64,000 nucleotides of DNA from Octopus sinensis (GCF_006345805.1 NC_043012.1:15004001-15068000); one strand, 5' to 3'; positions 37,655 through 50,009 are shown, counted from the first letter of the stretch. The notes: a model not told the origin generated them from the sequence alone. Numbers and translations are program-made.

Positions 37655-37820
37655 TTGTGTTGTGTTCTGTTCAAGGCCGATGAAAATGAGCTCAACTTGA
37701 GATCGGAATTAAGAGATCTGAAAACGGAACAGACAACCGTCAGTATGTCGGAAGAATTTGCCAGGTTTTTTAAACTGCAGCGTAGGATTGATAAACTTGG
37801 TCAAGATATCAAACAGAAAG
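37655..37820 (+). CDS. GET1: GET1/WRB exon (cytosolic coiled coil)
   Basis: ttttccAG / GTaaag; 166 nt, phase 0-1; LCCVLFKADENELNLRSELRDLKTEQTTVSMSEEFARFFKLQRRIDKL matches the GET1 DEFA.Y.RL.RKI.K motif. Confidence 0.93.
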
Positions 37821-38385
37821 GTAAAGGACTGAACGTTATTCTTATACGTCACCTGTGTTAGTGTTGTTTCAGCCCAGTCTTTGGAATTAGAGCTGTGGCA
37901 ATGTTAAATGTTGGGTTGGGATTGTTTTGTTTTGAGATGGGGTCGAGATGGTGTAACCTTGAAGACTAGTGGAAGTACCATGTGAGCTTGTATTGTGATG
38001 GTATGAAGCTTTTTAGATTACTGAATCAGAAACTAATAATGATGGTGAGGAGTAGGAGAAGGAGGAAGGTGATGATGATGATGATGTGCATATAGATATA
38101 TATAATCAATAATAATAAAGGGTAAAATATATTAATTAACTAGTAATTAATAATTCTACCAAGTAGAATTCGCATGAAAAAGGACCATTTTTCAAATCTC
38201 GAGTGAATTTCCTTATTTTTCCTCTCGGTCTATGCGGGTTATTTCGTGTATTTTGTTTTGTCCGGGAGTCTCTTTTTATAGTAGAAGAAATAGCTAAGGT
38301 TCTTTAGCTGCTATTTCTAAACTTCGGTATGTGGTAAAGCAAATCTTTGCTGAACCCTAATTATATTTATACTCGTAATTATAAA

Positions 38386-38447
<62 letters not shown>

Positions 38448-38449
<2 letters not shown>

Positions 38450-38765
38450 AGAGAGAAGTTGGACCTAAGAAGCATCAGTTGCGGTGTGCAAGAGAGACGT
38501 TTGCGCTGGTATGGCCATGTGGCGAGAATGGATGAAGATAGCTGTGTGAAAAAGTTCCACACCCTAGCTGTTGAGGGAATCTGTGGAAGAGGCAGACCCA
38601 GGAAAACCTGGGATGAGGTGGTGAAGCACGACCTTCGAACTTTAGGTCTCACCGAGGAAATGACTAGAGACCGAGACCTTTGGAAGTATGCTGTGCATGA
38701 GAAGACCCAGCAGGACAAGTGAGACCATCACCCATGGCAACAGGAAGGGTATCCAGCCATAAAAA
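38448..38765 (+). mobile_element. RTE LINE 3' fragment in GET1 intron, inserted after a (TA)n tract
   Basis: ORF 38447-38722: ERRLRWYGHVARMDEDSCVKK...GRGRPRKTWDEVV. Confidence 0.88.
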
Positions 38766-38967
38766 AATCTGCTTCAGCTAGTTCATTGAAACCAGGAAAC
38801 TGGGCCCATGAGCCTGGCTAGGCTTTAAAAGGGCGCATGTATTATTTTTTTAACATCATTATATCATGTTGACTTGTATGCCACAAAATACAGAAACTAT
38901 TCTGGCCATTCATATAGTTATTGAATTATTCTGAGGTTGTAAAAGAGTCTGATTTAACATTTTGCAG

Positions 38968-39035
38968 GGAATGCACGGAAACAGAAGATTTCTGCAATAA
39001 CAGTTGCAGTCCAGTTTGGAGGAAAGGTTTTACAG
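38968..39035 (+). CDS. GET1: GET1/WRB exon
   Basis: tttgcAG / GTtagt; 68 nt, phase 1-0; NARKQKISAITVAVQFGGKVLQ; same size as the recalled human exon 3. Confidence 0.9.
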
Positions 39036-39344
39036 GTTAGTAAAAGTTTAAAATTCTATTTCTCTTGTTCTAAAATAAATACTTTCATTGCGTTTGTCTG
39101 TCTTTTTTTCTCTCTGTGAATTTCTATTGACACTTCTTGGGCAGTGTTAGCTCTTGTTCATATCTCAGCCTGGTCCTTTCACATACAAATGCCAGAGGAA
39201 TAAAAACATGGGTCAGTTTGCAACCATGTGTTTTTGGTTTCAATCCAACTGCACAGCACCTTAGTCAAGTGTCTTCTATAGCCTTGAGCCAACCAATGCT
39301 TTGTGAGGGAAATTGGTGGATGGAAACCGTGTAGAAGCCCATTG

Positions 39345-39397
<53 letters not shown>

Positions 39398-39882
39398 GTG
39401 TATATATATATATTATAATCATCATCATCATCATCATCGTTTAGCGTCCGTTTTCCATGCTAGCATGGGTTGGACGGTTCTACTGGGGTCTGTGAAGCCA
39501 GAAGGCTTCATCAGGCCCAGTCAAATCTGGCAGTGTTTCTACGGCTGGATGCCCTTCCTAATGCCAACCACTTCGTGAGTGTAGTGGTTGCTTTTTACGT
39601 GCCACCCGCACGTAAAATAATAATAGTAATAATATTAGGAAGTAAATCCAAACTTACAGGGAAAAAATTAGATTTAGGATTAAATCAAATTTCACATTTT
39701 AAATATATATATATATATATAAAAAATATAAAAATTTATGAATATAAATTAAAAATTTTAAATTTAAATAATTTAAATTTTATATATTTTGTATATTATA
39801 TTAATTATATTTATTTTTATGTTTTGGTTTATGTTTTTCACTGTTTAATTTGCCTAATAGTGGTTTTATCTCTAATTTAATG

Positions 39883-39918
<36 letters not shown>

Positions 39919-40519
39919 TATACGTGCATGTATGTAGTTGTATTTGCTCTCCCTCTGTTGATGACCTTTGTTGGTTTGCTTACACCCTTGTAATAATAAA
40001 TAATAAGGTAAGCTAGCAGAATAGTTAGCATGTCAGACAAAATGCTTTTTAAATAGCAACTTGGTTTTAGGATATTGTATCTAAATTAAAAACAATTATT
40101 TTTGCAAGTGATATAGAGGAAGAAGTAACCCCTTCTGACAAGCCAAACTCAGCAGGATTTTATTCTCTAGAACTAGAACCGTTTCCTGAATTTTGCACTT
40201 TCCAGTTACCCTTCTCTAAAAATAAGGTCTGTGTCTGGCCAGAAACCAAATTATAGTCACTTGGGCTTGGCTGACAGAAATGATACAATACAAGACTTAC
40301 CTTATGGTGTTTATCTTTGTCCCTCTTCATTCTGAATTCAGGTTTCACTGGATCTGTTAATTCTTGCCATCATTTTGGGATCAATAAATAAGTTTTTCTA
40401 CTAAAGGCACTAAGCTTGAAATTTTGTGGGGAGTGAGCTAGTCGATTACATCGACCCTAGTGTTTGACTGGTACTTATTTTATCAGCCCTGAAAGGAGAA
40501 AGACAAAGTCAACCTCAGT

Positions 40520-40830
40520 GGAGGCACATGGCCTAGTGGTTAGAGCAGCGGCCTCGCGATCGAGGGATCGTGGGTTTGAATCTCAGACCAGGCGATGTGT
40601 GTGTTTATGAGCGAAACACCTAACCTTCAGGTGGCTCCGGCAGAAGGTAATGGCGAACTTCTGCTGACTCTTTCGCCACAACTTTCTCTCACTCTTTCCT
40701 CCTGCATCTTGCAGCTCACCTGCGACGGACCGGCGTCCCGTCCAGGTGGGGAACCTATACACCAAGGAAACCAAAAAACCAGCCCTTATGAGCCAGGCAG
40801 GGCTCGAGAAGCAACAAACAACAACCTCAG
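40520..40830 (+). mobile_element. tRNA-derived SINE with V-SINE-like tail
   Basis: ggaggcacatggcctagtggttagag head; ctgcgacggaccggcgtcccgtccagg tail. Confidence 0.72.
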
Positions 40831-41061
40831 TGACATTTGAACTCGGAATGTAAAACCAGAAAAACTGCTGCTAAATATTTCGTCCCATGCAGGGATGATT
40901 CAACCGGCTTACCACCTTCGTTCAATAATTAATTACCTGATATGATGCAATTAGGGTTGATTTGTCACTACCCACCCCTCTCCTGCTTTATTAATTAACT
41001 AGCCTCAAGCTAAATTTAGAGATTGTTTCTCATCATTATTTTTATTATTGACAATTTTCAG

Positions 41062-41176
41062 GTTTTGACTATGCTGCTCCTATTTTATGTCCTCTATGAT
41101 CAACCTTTGCTGCAGTTTTCATCTGCTTGGTTCTTCCCGTTTCAAAAGGTTGTAGCTTTTCCCACTGGTACTGGAG
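41062..41176 (+). CDS. GET1: GET1/WRB exon (TM2 and luminal loop)
   Basis: ttttcAG / GTaaga; 115 nt, phase 0-1; VLTMLLLFYVLYDQPLLQFSSAWFFPFQKVVAFPTGTG (conserved W..P....VAFPT). Confidence 0.93.
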
Positions 41177-42029
41177 GTAAGAATTAAAACTTTTTTCAAT
41201 ACATTACCATAAACCAGCAGATAAACCTTGCAATAATCATCATCATCATCGTTTAACGTCCGTTTTCCGTGCTAGCACATGTTGGACGGTTCGACTGGGA
41301 TCTGGGAAGCCAGGAGGCTGCACCAGGCTCCAGTCTGATCTGGCAGTGTTTCTACAGCTTGATGCCCTTCCTAACGCCAACCACTCCGTGAGCGTAGTGG
41401 GTGCTTTTTATTACGTGCCAGGGGACGCTGGCAACAGGCACGATCGGTTGATGCTTTTTACGTGCCACCGGCATGGAAAATATTTAGTATCTTGACTGTT
41501 TTCCCATTTAAAGTCCTCTGCTAGGCACAGGCATGACTATGTAGTTAAAAAACTCGCTTCCTAACCTTGTGGTTTTCTGTTCAATCCCACTGTGTGGCAT
41601 CTTGTGCAAGTGTCTTCCACTCCATCCCTGATCCGACCAAAGCCTTGTGAGTGGAATTGGTAGATGGAAACTGAAAGAAGCTTGTGTGTGTGTCTGTTTG
41701 TCTTGACATCATGTTATAAATGAGTGTTGCTTGTTTCCAGTTTTGCATGAAGAATGCCTGGCCATGGGGGAAATATTACCTTTCTTGGAAGAATGTGAGG
41801 GTCGGTGATAGGAGAGGCCAAACAAGATCTGCCTCAATGAATTCTGTCTAACCTCTGCAAGTAAAGAAAAGTGGACTTTAAAACAAAGTTGGTGATGAAG
41901 GAATTGAATTTCATTCTGCTGACATTTAGAGAGTCTAATGTAAAGATCGTACTTGACACATTTCTGAAAATAATCTAAATTTTTAATACTGACTTGTGAT
42001 AACCTTTGTAGTTATGTTTCAAGAATTAA

Positions 42030-42243
42030 CCCTTTTGTTACTAACCCGGCCAAAACTGGCTCTGTGGTAAACTGTCTTGTTTTCGTAAGTTTTGAATTAG
42101 AATATTCCACCAAGCCTTAGTCACAATTCACGTTCCTAACACCAGCTGAATGATAACTAAGTTATTTTACTAAATTCTTTGTTATATTTTAAGTAACTGA
42201 AAGAAACACAGAGCATCTCAAAATAAATAGAGTAATGGAAGGG
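42030..42243. mobile_element. piggyBac-type MITE (family A) in the last GET1 intron
   Basis: TTAA 42026-42029 / cccttttgttac ... gtaatggaaggg / TTAA 42244-42247. Confidence 0.85.
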
Positions 42244-42349
42244 TTAATGAGTCTGTCTTTTTTTCTTTTTTTTTAATGTATTCTGAAATATTAAGATGAA
42301 TTTTCTTCTTTTATTTTATTTTATCTATTTATTATGTTTTTGGTTTTAG

Positions 42350-42432
42350 GTTCTTTGGGAATTGGATTTTGGATTTATGTCTGCACTGCCATCATTAATC
42401 GGTTCGATCGCTACATGGGATTAATGCAGTGA
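42350..42432 (+). CDS. GET1: GET1/WRB terminal coding exon (TM3)
   Basis: ttttAG acceptor, phase 1; SLGIGFWIYVCTAIINRFDRYMGLMQ* (family G.GI..W...C motif). Confidence 0.92.
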
Positions 42433-43180
42433 GGCTCCGTCCTCGACTGAAAGACTGCTACTTCTAGTTCTTAATAGTGTAACTAGTTTGCTGACAAACT
42501 CTTGTATCTTTGAAACATCAGTGCTGAGATGTTGGCAGCATTTCCTGGATTTCTCGTCTGCCAAATGGTTTCGGCATTTGTTTGACATCAACTGTCCAAG
42601 GAAGTTACTCTTGATGGAATTACCATGCTTGCGTTTGCTTCTAATGCTGAACTGTTTAGTGCCTTCTCAGATGGTTACTCAATTTATTTTGGTTTTGGTA
42701 CCAGTGGTTGAGTAGAAGCTCACATCAAAGATGAAGAAAGGTGAAACTGGAGAGAACAAAGAACAACAACATAGATAAAAATCAGCAAAAGAAAGTCCTG
42801 AAAAATTGCTCCCACTGGAATTTACTGGAATAAATAGTTTGTACATGTCATACATGTATCAAGATAAAAAACATTAATTACTTCTAGATTAATTAACTGA
42901 TTTCTGTTACTGATTGTAAGTTATTGCTACATTTTTTTTTTCAGGCCTTAAAAATTGAAATGAAACTTAAATGAGGAATTATAATGAAGAAAGAAAGTAG
43001 TGCAACTCTGTTGAAATAGGTGTGTTTTGGTGGAATCAGAGTTCTGTGCAGTTATCTCGGTTTTTGATAGGTTTTTTTTTTTTTTTTAGATATAACAAAG
43101 AAGAATTGGTGCTTTAAACACCTTAAAAGTGCATATGTAGAAGCTTGTGCTACAATCGTTATTTTAGTGTTTAGTATATG

Positions 43181-43216
<36 letters not shown>

Positions 43217-44120
43217 TTATTAATACCTTCCTGACAGGCTCTAGGCTTTTTGTACCCTGGTCAATGATATCACTGGATGTTGGTGTTTAATTTCTTTTTC
43301 CTTTTTTTTTTGCATCCTACAATATGTAACCCTTACTGGAATCTTAACTTCATCTTATACATGCAAAGTCCCTATTTCTACTCAGAAATCAACTGTCTAA
43401 TTAATAAGAGTAACTGTAGGCCAACGAGGGTTGCCTCGCATGTGACCGACTTACAACTTATAAACAAATTCTTGCATGTGACCATCCTCATTCTCCATTT
43501 GAGTTGAATACTGTTCATAAACCTCAGCCCAATCCTTACATGCTATTACCTATAGCTTTATGTGCTTCGAGATCTACCGTTCCAAAACAGATTTATTTCA
43601 CATTCTCTCGAAAGTTTATAAAATTCTTATAACGTCAACAACATAGAAATCTCGCTGGTAACAACAGAGTTTCTAAAGTTCAAAGGATTCCTTTGGTCAA
43701 TTGATTGGATGCCTGTCATTTTTTTTTAGGGGATATAGGTTGGTGTCCAGGGGTGACCTTCCATTTTTTCTATCCAAAAGGATTTTTCAACTCAATATTT
43801 CTGTGCTGTTATTTATAGCTTTATGTGCTTCGAGATCCAGTGTTCGAAAAATGAATTCATGTTCTCTCAAAAGTTTATATAGCAATCTTATGACATCAAC
43901 AAAAGATATATATATATATTTATAAAAACAATAATGAGATATAATTTGTGTAGAGTTGACAACAATGCATAATTATGTATACATGCAGTAATATAGCAGC
44001 AATAAAATAAACATATATATATAATATAAACAGCAATAATAAAACAGCACAAGGTAAACAGATTAAGAATGTCCAGATTGCAATTTAGACAGAATTACAT
44101 TCTGAGGAAAATTGGTTTAA

Positions 44121-44341
44121 CCCTTTCATTACTGAATTTATTTTGTGATGTTCTGTGTTTCTTTCAATTATTTTAAATATAACAAAGAATTTAATAAAAT
44201 AACTTTGTTATCATTCAGCTAGTGTTAGGAACATAAATTGCGAATAAGGTTTGGTGGAAGATTTTAATCAAAAACTTATGGAAACAAGACATGTATATTA
44301 AAGAGCCAGAGCCGGTTTCAGCCGGGTTGGTAACGAAAGGG
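44121..44341. mobile_element. piggyBac-type MITE (family A), inverted relative to 42030
   Basis: TTAA 44117-44120 / ccctttcattac ... gtaacgaaaggg / TTAA 44342-44345; colinear reverse complement of 42030-42243. Confidence 0.87.
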
Positions 44342-44575
44342 TTAAAATGGTTAGCATTCATGAAGAAGTAAGACACTTAAATGTATTATAAAGAGAAAAT
44401 ATTGTTGTTTGAATGTCAAATATGGTGTTTATATAAATTTATTTTTTATTATTATTTTTTCTCTCCCCCACTTCATTGTTCATTGTGCATTGGTAGTTCG
44501 GAGATGTGTTGATTTAATGCCATTCCAATATTGCTTTGTCATCATCTCACTGTCTGGAAATTCTTTGATCCACTA

Positions 44576-44800
44576 ACCGTTCCAGCATTCAACTCACTCT
44601 GTTGAAATGTAATGCTTATTTATTCTCAGTGTTTTGAATTAATCATGCATTATCTCATAGCTTTGAGATTTTGATGATGTGATTGTTTATTTTTACAATA
44701 ACATTGTAGGCTAGGTGTGAGAGGCTGGAGCTAGCCAATTTGAACATAAAACAGGTAGAATATTTTGGATGGATAAGGGGCCCGGTTTAAATGCTAAAAG
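44576..44800. mobile_element. Decayed piggyBac-type MITE (family B)
   Basis: reverse-complement similarity to 3950-4143; ends aatgctaaaagc-TTAA. Confidence 0.62.
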
Positions 44801-45308
44801 CTTAAAGAAGCTGGTGTAGCTATGAAGAAGAGAATCAGTCCTCAAAGAAGAGTTTTCCAATCAACAAGTACAAATGTTGTTGAGTGCTTTCAATCATTAA
44901 TTGCATGTTACAATCTTAAAGGGAAAATTAAGTTTCTTATGAGGGGCTGTCAGCAAAATTTATACTTGGGACACAAAAATAATGGCCACAAATGTCCAAG
45001 AATGTCAATGACTGGGATCTCGTAGTCCACAGTCTATGACACAGTTAACCTGTCATTGGTCTGTTGTCGTTTTTATTTGGGTTTTTTTTCCCTTCTCAGT
45101 ACTTTAATATCAAAAATGTTCTTTAATTCAACTCCACACCACTATTGCTTTTACTTCATTGACATTGCTATGGAATAAAATCTTTAAACATAAATAGAAA
45201 GCACTGTGAATGAAAAACAAAAAGAGAGCTAGCAGTTACAGTAACTTAACTGTTTGTTTTCCATGCAGATTGGGCTCTCTGAGTTATTCTGTAAACAATT
45301 CTATTTTT

Positions 45309-45382
45309 CTATGCCAAAGAGTATAAACCCTGAGGTACACTTAATGACTCTTTCATCACTCCTTTGGAAAATTGAATGAAAT
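45309..45382 (-). CDS. Unidentified gene X, candidate terminal coding exon
   Basis: catcaacAG acceptor, phase 1; (D)FIQFSKGVMKESLSVPQGLYSLA*; AATAAA on the minus strand at 45077-45072. Confidence 0.58.
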
Positions 45383-45559
45383 CTGTTGATGAGGTCATAA
45401 TAAGATTGAATCATGTCTAGAGTTGTCTCCTCTGTTTGTTAATACTGTTTTGTCCTCACTGCAACTATTTTCAGCTAGCTTTTTAATACCTTACACATTA
45501 ATTATATCACCACTAACTTACTGTGTATGAATGATTGCTGGTGAACTTTCTTTGCTTAC

Positions 45560-45609
45560 CATCAAATCCAGGGTTTTGTTGAAACCAGTTTTTATGTTGT
45601 TCTTTCATA
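45560..45609 (-). CDS. Unidentified gene X, candidate internal exon
   Basis: strong ttgtttcatctccAG acceptor and G|GTAAGC donor; 50 nt, phase 2-1; MKEQHKNWFQQNPGFD. Confidence 0.62.
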
Positions 45610-47540
45610 CTGGAGATGAAACAATGTATTAGTTAACTGTAGTAATTATCCACCTCTCAGTAAGGCTAAAAATAGGTTTTTGTGTCCAAGTTGATCTTAC
45701 ATCTCTCTTTATTTCAATGTTGTTTTTGCTATTATTTAGTCCCCCACCCCCATCCTTGATCATGGCTTTCAATGGTGATTTTGTATGGGGGACGTTTCTC
45801 TCTAACACAAAGGCCTGGACAAGGGTAGGGTTTATGGAAGACTATTTATTACTTGCCCCCTGCATGCAAGTCTCCCCTACTTCCTTCCTTTCTCCATGCA
45901 ACTGCTGATGTTGTCTAAGGGTCGATGCAACATGGTACCAGTCCTAACACAAGTGTTGCTGCCAAGGCAACGAACCAGAGCCTGGTACCACAATGTACCC
46001 TGGCCAATGCTCTAACAGTTCTGTCAGTTCACTACCCCAAAAGGATGAAAGGTAAAATTGATCTCAGCAGGATTTGATTTCAGAAGGTAGAGAAGCAGAT
46101 GAATTACCACAAGGTATTTTATCAAATGTTCCAACAAGTATGGCAATTCACTATTCCCTATAGTACTACTACTATTATACATTAATTACTAGTCGTGTAA
46201 AAGAGTAAAGACTGCCTTCAGTCATCATTGACCATAGGATTGCACTTAGAAAGTTCTCCTCCATGGCATAAACCTGGGCAAGGTTGTTTATGGAAGACCA
46301 ACAATCGCCCGTGCAAACCAGCCTCCCCTCTTCATGCCACCAATGTTATCCAAGGAAAAGGCAAAGGGGCCGATATAGCTTGGCACCAGTGACATTGCAA
46401 CTCATTTCTAAAGCTGAGTGAACTGGAGCAACCTGAAATGAAGTGTTTGGCTCAAGAACACAACTCACAGCCTGGTCCAAAAATTGAACTCACTGTCTCA
46501 TGATTGTGAGCCCAATGCTCTAACTACTGAGCCATGTGCCTTCATAGTAGTCATCTCGAGAGCATTAATTACTATTCCCTGCTCTCTTTTAGAAGGCACA
46601 AGAACTTCTGCCCACTGAATTCAATTACAAAGCTTTGGTTGGCCCAAGGTTATAGCAGAAGACACTTGCCCAAGATGCCATGCAGTGGGACTGAACCTGA
46701 AATCATGTGGTTAAGAAGCAAGCTTTCTAATCTAATTAGGCTGTATGGTAATTAAGCAGTTATGCAAGTGAAAGTCTAAAGATGAAAGTATTACACTGTT
46801 AGTTAGTAACTAATATGTTTTTCTTCCTTAAATATGAAAGACAACTCTGGATGCATGGCGCCTTTGTTTGTTTGTTTTAATGCTCTTCAGTGAAATGTAG
46901 CTTCTCCATAACTTTTTAGTATTAATAAGCAAATCGCTAAGTCACTGTAACTAAATCATATAATTGAAATACTTAATGGCATGCAAAAAGAGATGTGCTG
47001 ACTTGTACAATAAGCTAGGCAATAACGTGAGGGAAAACTTAAATAGAAAATATTAAATGACTGAAATACTTAAAATGGCTTTTTTGATGCCTAAAACTGA
47101 TCTTGGTTTTATGATGTGAACTTCCTTGTTTAAAGTGATATAAATTAAAACCATTCATCAAAATTTCATGTTAATTGATGTTCTATACACCAGCTTAATG
47201 ATCTTTCTACTATAGACACAAGAGCTGAAATATTCAGGGACAGGTTTGTTGATTATATCAGTCCAAAGGCTGAGCCAACCTTGGTAGAATTTGAACTCAG
47301 AATGTAGATCTGGAAGAAATATCACTAAGTTATTTTGTCTGTTGCAGTAATATTTCAGCCAGCCTGCTACCTTCACCACTGTAAATTCTTCATGTTTTCA
47401 AAATTAATTGAATTAAATGCAGTTTATTTCATTAGAAATATGTTAAAAAAAGGGTTAAGCTGCTAAATGTATTTCAAACAGCAGTATGGTAAAGAAAAGA
47501 TTAAATAGCTGAAGTATATTCTTGCATGCACTAAAAGAGA

Positions 47541-47793
47541 ATCATCATCATCATCATTGTTTGACCGTGGTCGAGACAATGGAATTTACTATGCTACGCC
47601 AGACTTCACGGTCCATCATAGCATTATGGAGGTCCTGTTGCTGGATGCCTGTATCCCTGGAGATTACATCAGGGTAGGAGAGTGTGCGCCCTCTGGTATC
47701 GCGAGGAGATGGCTTCCAGAGGAGAAGAGTAGAAATTACCTCGTGTTCAGCTCTACAACAATGTCCAGCAAACTGGACTCTTCTACCTTTCAC
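47541..47793 (-). mobile_element. RTE-type LINE 3' fragment with (ATG)n tail
   Basis: RRVQFAGHCCR...DREVWRSIV C-terminus. Confidence 0.8.
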
Positions 47794-47863
47794 AAAGATG
47801 ACACAGGTGGTAGTTTGCCATATATTTGTACTTTGGTTGGATGACGCTTCTATGAGAGATTTT

Positions 47864-47956
47864 AAGAATACTACAAGGAATTGATTGGGTTTCTCTTTTA
47901 GTCTTTAGTCTGAAAAGACTAAAAGAAAAACCCAGTCACTTCCTTGTAATATTCTT
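47864..47956. repeat. 93-bp near-perfect palindrome (43-bp arms, 7-nt loop)
   Basis: arms 47864-47906 and 47914-47956 differ at 4 positions. Confidence 0.9.
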
Positions 47957-48098
47957 TTCATTAGGAAGCATAAGAAGTAACACTAAACACATTTAGCTTC
48001 TCCTTCAAAAAGTCTCTTCTTTCTCTCAAGCTGAGTAAATATTTTAAACAATTCACTTATTATAATACTTTGGCAGGTTATGCAGAGGTTACATTCAC

Positions 48099-48213
48099 TT
48101 CTGCAATGAACAGTAAATGCCATTTAGAGTTTTCTTCTGCATTTGCTGACGAAAATATTTTTTTTCTTTCAAAGTAACATCAGTCACCAACTCATATTTT
48201 CCTTTCACTACAT
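48099..48213 (-). CDS. Unidentified gene X, candidate internal exon
   Basis: acacAG / GTgaat; 115 nt, phase 1-2; VVKGKYELVTDVTLKEKKYFRQQMQKKTLNGIYCSLQ(N) joins in frame to 45609. Confidence 0.52.
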
Positions 48214-48831
48214 CTGTGTATATACTTTATTCTGATCATTAAATATATTTTTGGGGGCATGTGACATAGAGCAAGAAGGGCCTCATGCATAAATCTTTAC
48301 AGGCATCTCTGAGACTGATATGAGAAAAGGAGAAAGCTAATTGCAATCAGAAGAATCTTTACATGTTTGCAACATGTCGTGATATTAAACTGGCCAATGA
48401 ATTAAGTCCACTACTTCTACAATTGTATAAGGAATTTTGATTTTGAATTCAGTATATTTCATATAAATCTTGTGCAAATCAAATTCTTTCCGTTATGTTT
48501 CTCATTCCTTGGAAGAAAGGCATAGATGCCTCAACTTCCCTTTTCTTCTCTAAGGCATCCTTTCAAATAAAGAAATGTTATTTTTATTTTAATATTTGTT
48601 TGTTTTTTGTGAAAATTTATCAAAAGAAGAGAATATGTTAATATAATTTTTAAACAAGTAATCTCAATTAAGAGAAAGCAACAATTTTTTATTGGTTTAT
48701 GTATAAAACACATGCACAGAAGTCTGGTGCAGTCTTCTGCCTGGCCGGCTCCTGTTAAACTGTCCATCCCATGCCAGCAGGGAAAGTGAATGTTAAATGA
48801 CGATGATGATGATGAGATATATATATATATA

Positions 48832-49193
48832 GGCGCAGGAGTGGCTGTGTGGTAAGTAGCTTGCTTACCAACCACATGGTTCCGGGTTCAGTCCCACTGC
48901 GTGACACCTTGGGCAAGTGTCTTCTACTATAGCCTCAGGCCAACCAAAGCCTTCTGAGTGGATTTGGTAGATGGAAACTGAAAGAAGCCCGTCGTATATA
49001 TGGATATACATGTATGTGTTTGTGCCCTAACATTGCTTGATAATCGATGCTGGTGTGTTTACGTCCCCGTAACTTAGCACTTTGGCAAAAGAGACCAATA
49101 GAATAAGTCCTGGGGGCGATTTGCTCGACTAAAGGTGGTACTCCAGCATGGCCGCAGTCAATTGACTGAAATAAAAGAGTAAAAAAAAAGAGT
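48832..49193 (+). mobile_element. Full-length CORE-like SINE
   Basis: head ggcgcaggagtggctgtgtggtaag; reverse complement of 16326-16713. Confidence 0.88.
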
Positions 49194-49544
49194 ATATATA
49201 AACACACACATTGTTGGTACAAGACAAGGATACCTGCTATCATCACACTTGTTTAATATCTGTAGCGGGATATGACTTTGTGGCTAAGGGGTTGCACTCA
49301 TGGTTATAAGATTGTGATTTCGATTCCTGGACCAGAAATCCTTAAGGATCCAATATGGTTGAGCTATTTGCATTTGGAACTTCCATAGCCAGGCTCCAAA
49401 TGATCGTAATGAGGAAATGTGTGTAGGAAACTTAAAGTAAACTTGTGTTTATATATTCATTTCTTTTGCTGGATTCCAGTAATAATGGGGCTTCACCCTG
49501 ACATTTTATTCAAACAAGCGCCAGTATTTCTTTTTTTAAATTCT

Positions 49545-49832
49545 GTTACTTATCCTATTGGTCTCTATTGCTGAACTGGTAAGTTACAAGGACATTAACA
49601 AACCAACACCAGTTGCCAAGTTGTGTGTGTGGGGAGACAGACAGACACACACTCACACACACACATGCAAACATCTCTACAAAGAGCTTTTTCCATTTCC
49701 ACCTACCAAATCCACTCACAAGGCTTTGAGTCTGGGGGCTAACACCAGAAAGCATTTACCCAAGGTTCCACACTGTAGGACTGAACCTGAGACCATATGA
49801 TTGGGAAGCAAACTTCTTACCTGACAACCACA
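49545..49832 (-). mobile_element. Decayed CORE-like SINE, inverted relative to 48832
   Basis: ccactcacaaggcttt...cccaaggt.ccac...ggactgaacc. Confidence 0.78.
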
Positions 49833-50009
49833 CACATATATATGTATGTATGTCATTATTCAGTTTTATTTCAAGATTTCTTGCCAATAGAGGAAAGAGC
49901 TGGTTTCCAACCTAGATCTAGGGCTCCTTCATTGAAATTTAAACATCAACAGTATTTTTGTATGTATGCATGCATACATACAGTGTGGACTGGGTGCTTT
50001 TAAGTGGAG

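Noticed and set aside
39495-39520. Minus-strand CUGAUGA-AGCC-UUCU-GGCU motif (also near 56000)
   Set aside because: Followed by UCAC, not GAAA; coincidental within the LINE tail.
48301-48416. Extra gene X exons (14-nt microexon 48301-48314 and 48363-48416)
   Set aside because: Would need a 48-nt intron; alternative parses are equally possible and cannot be resolved.
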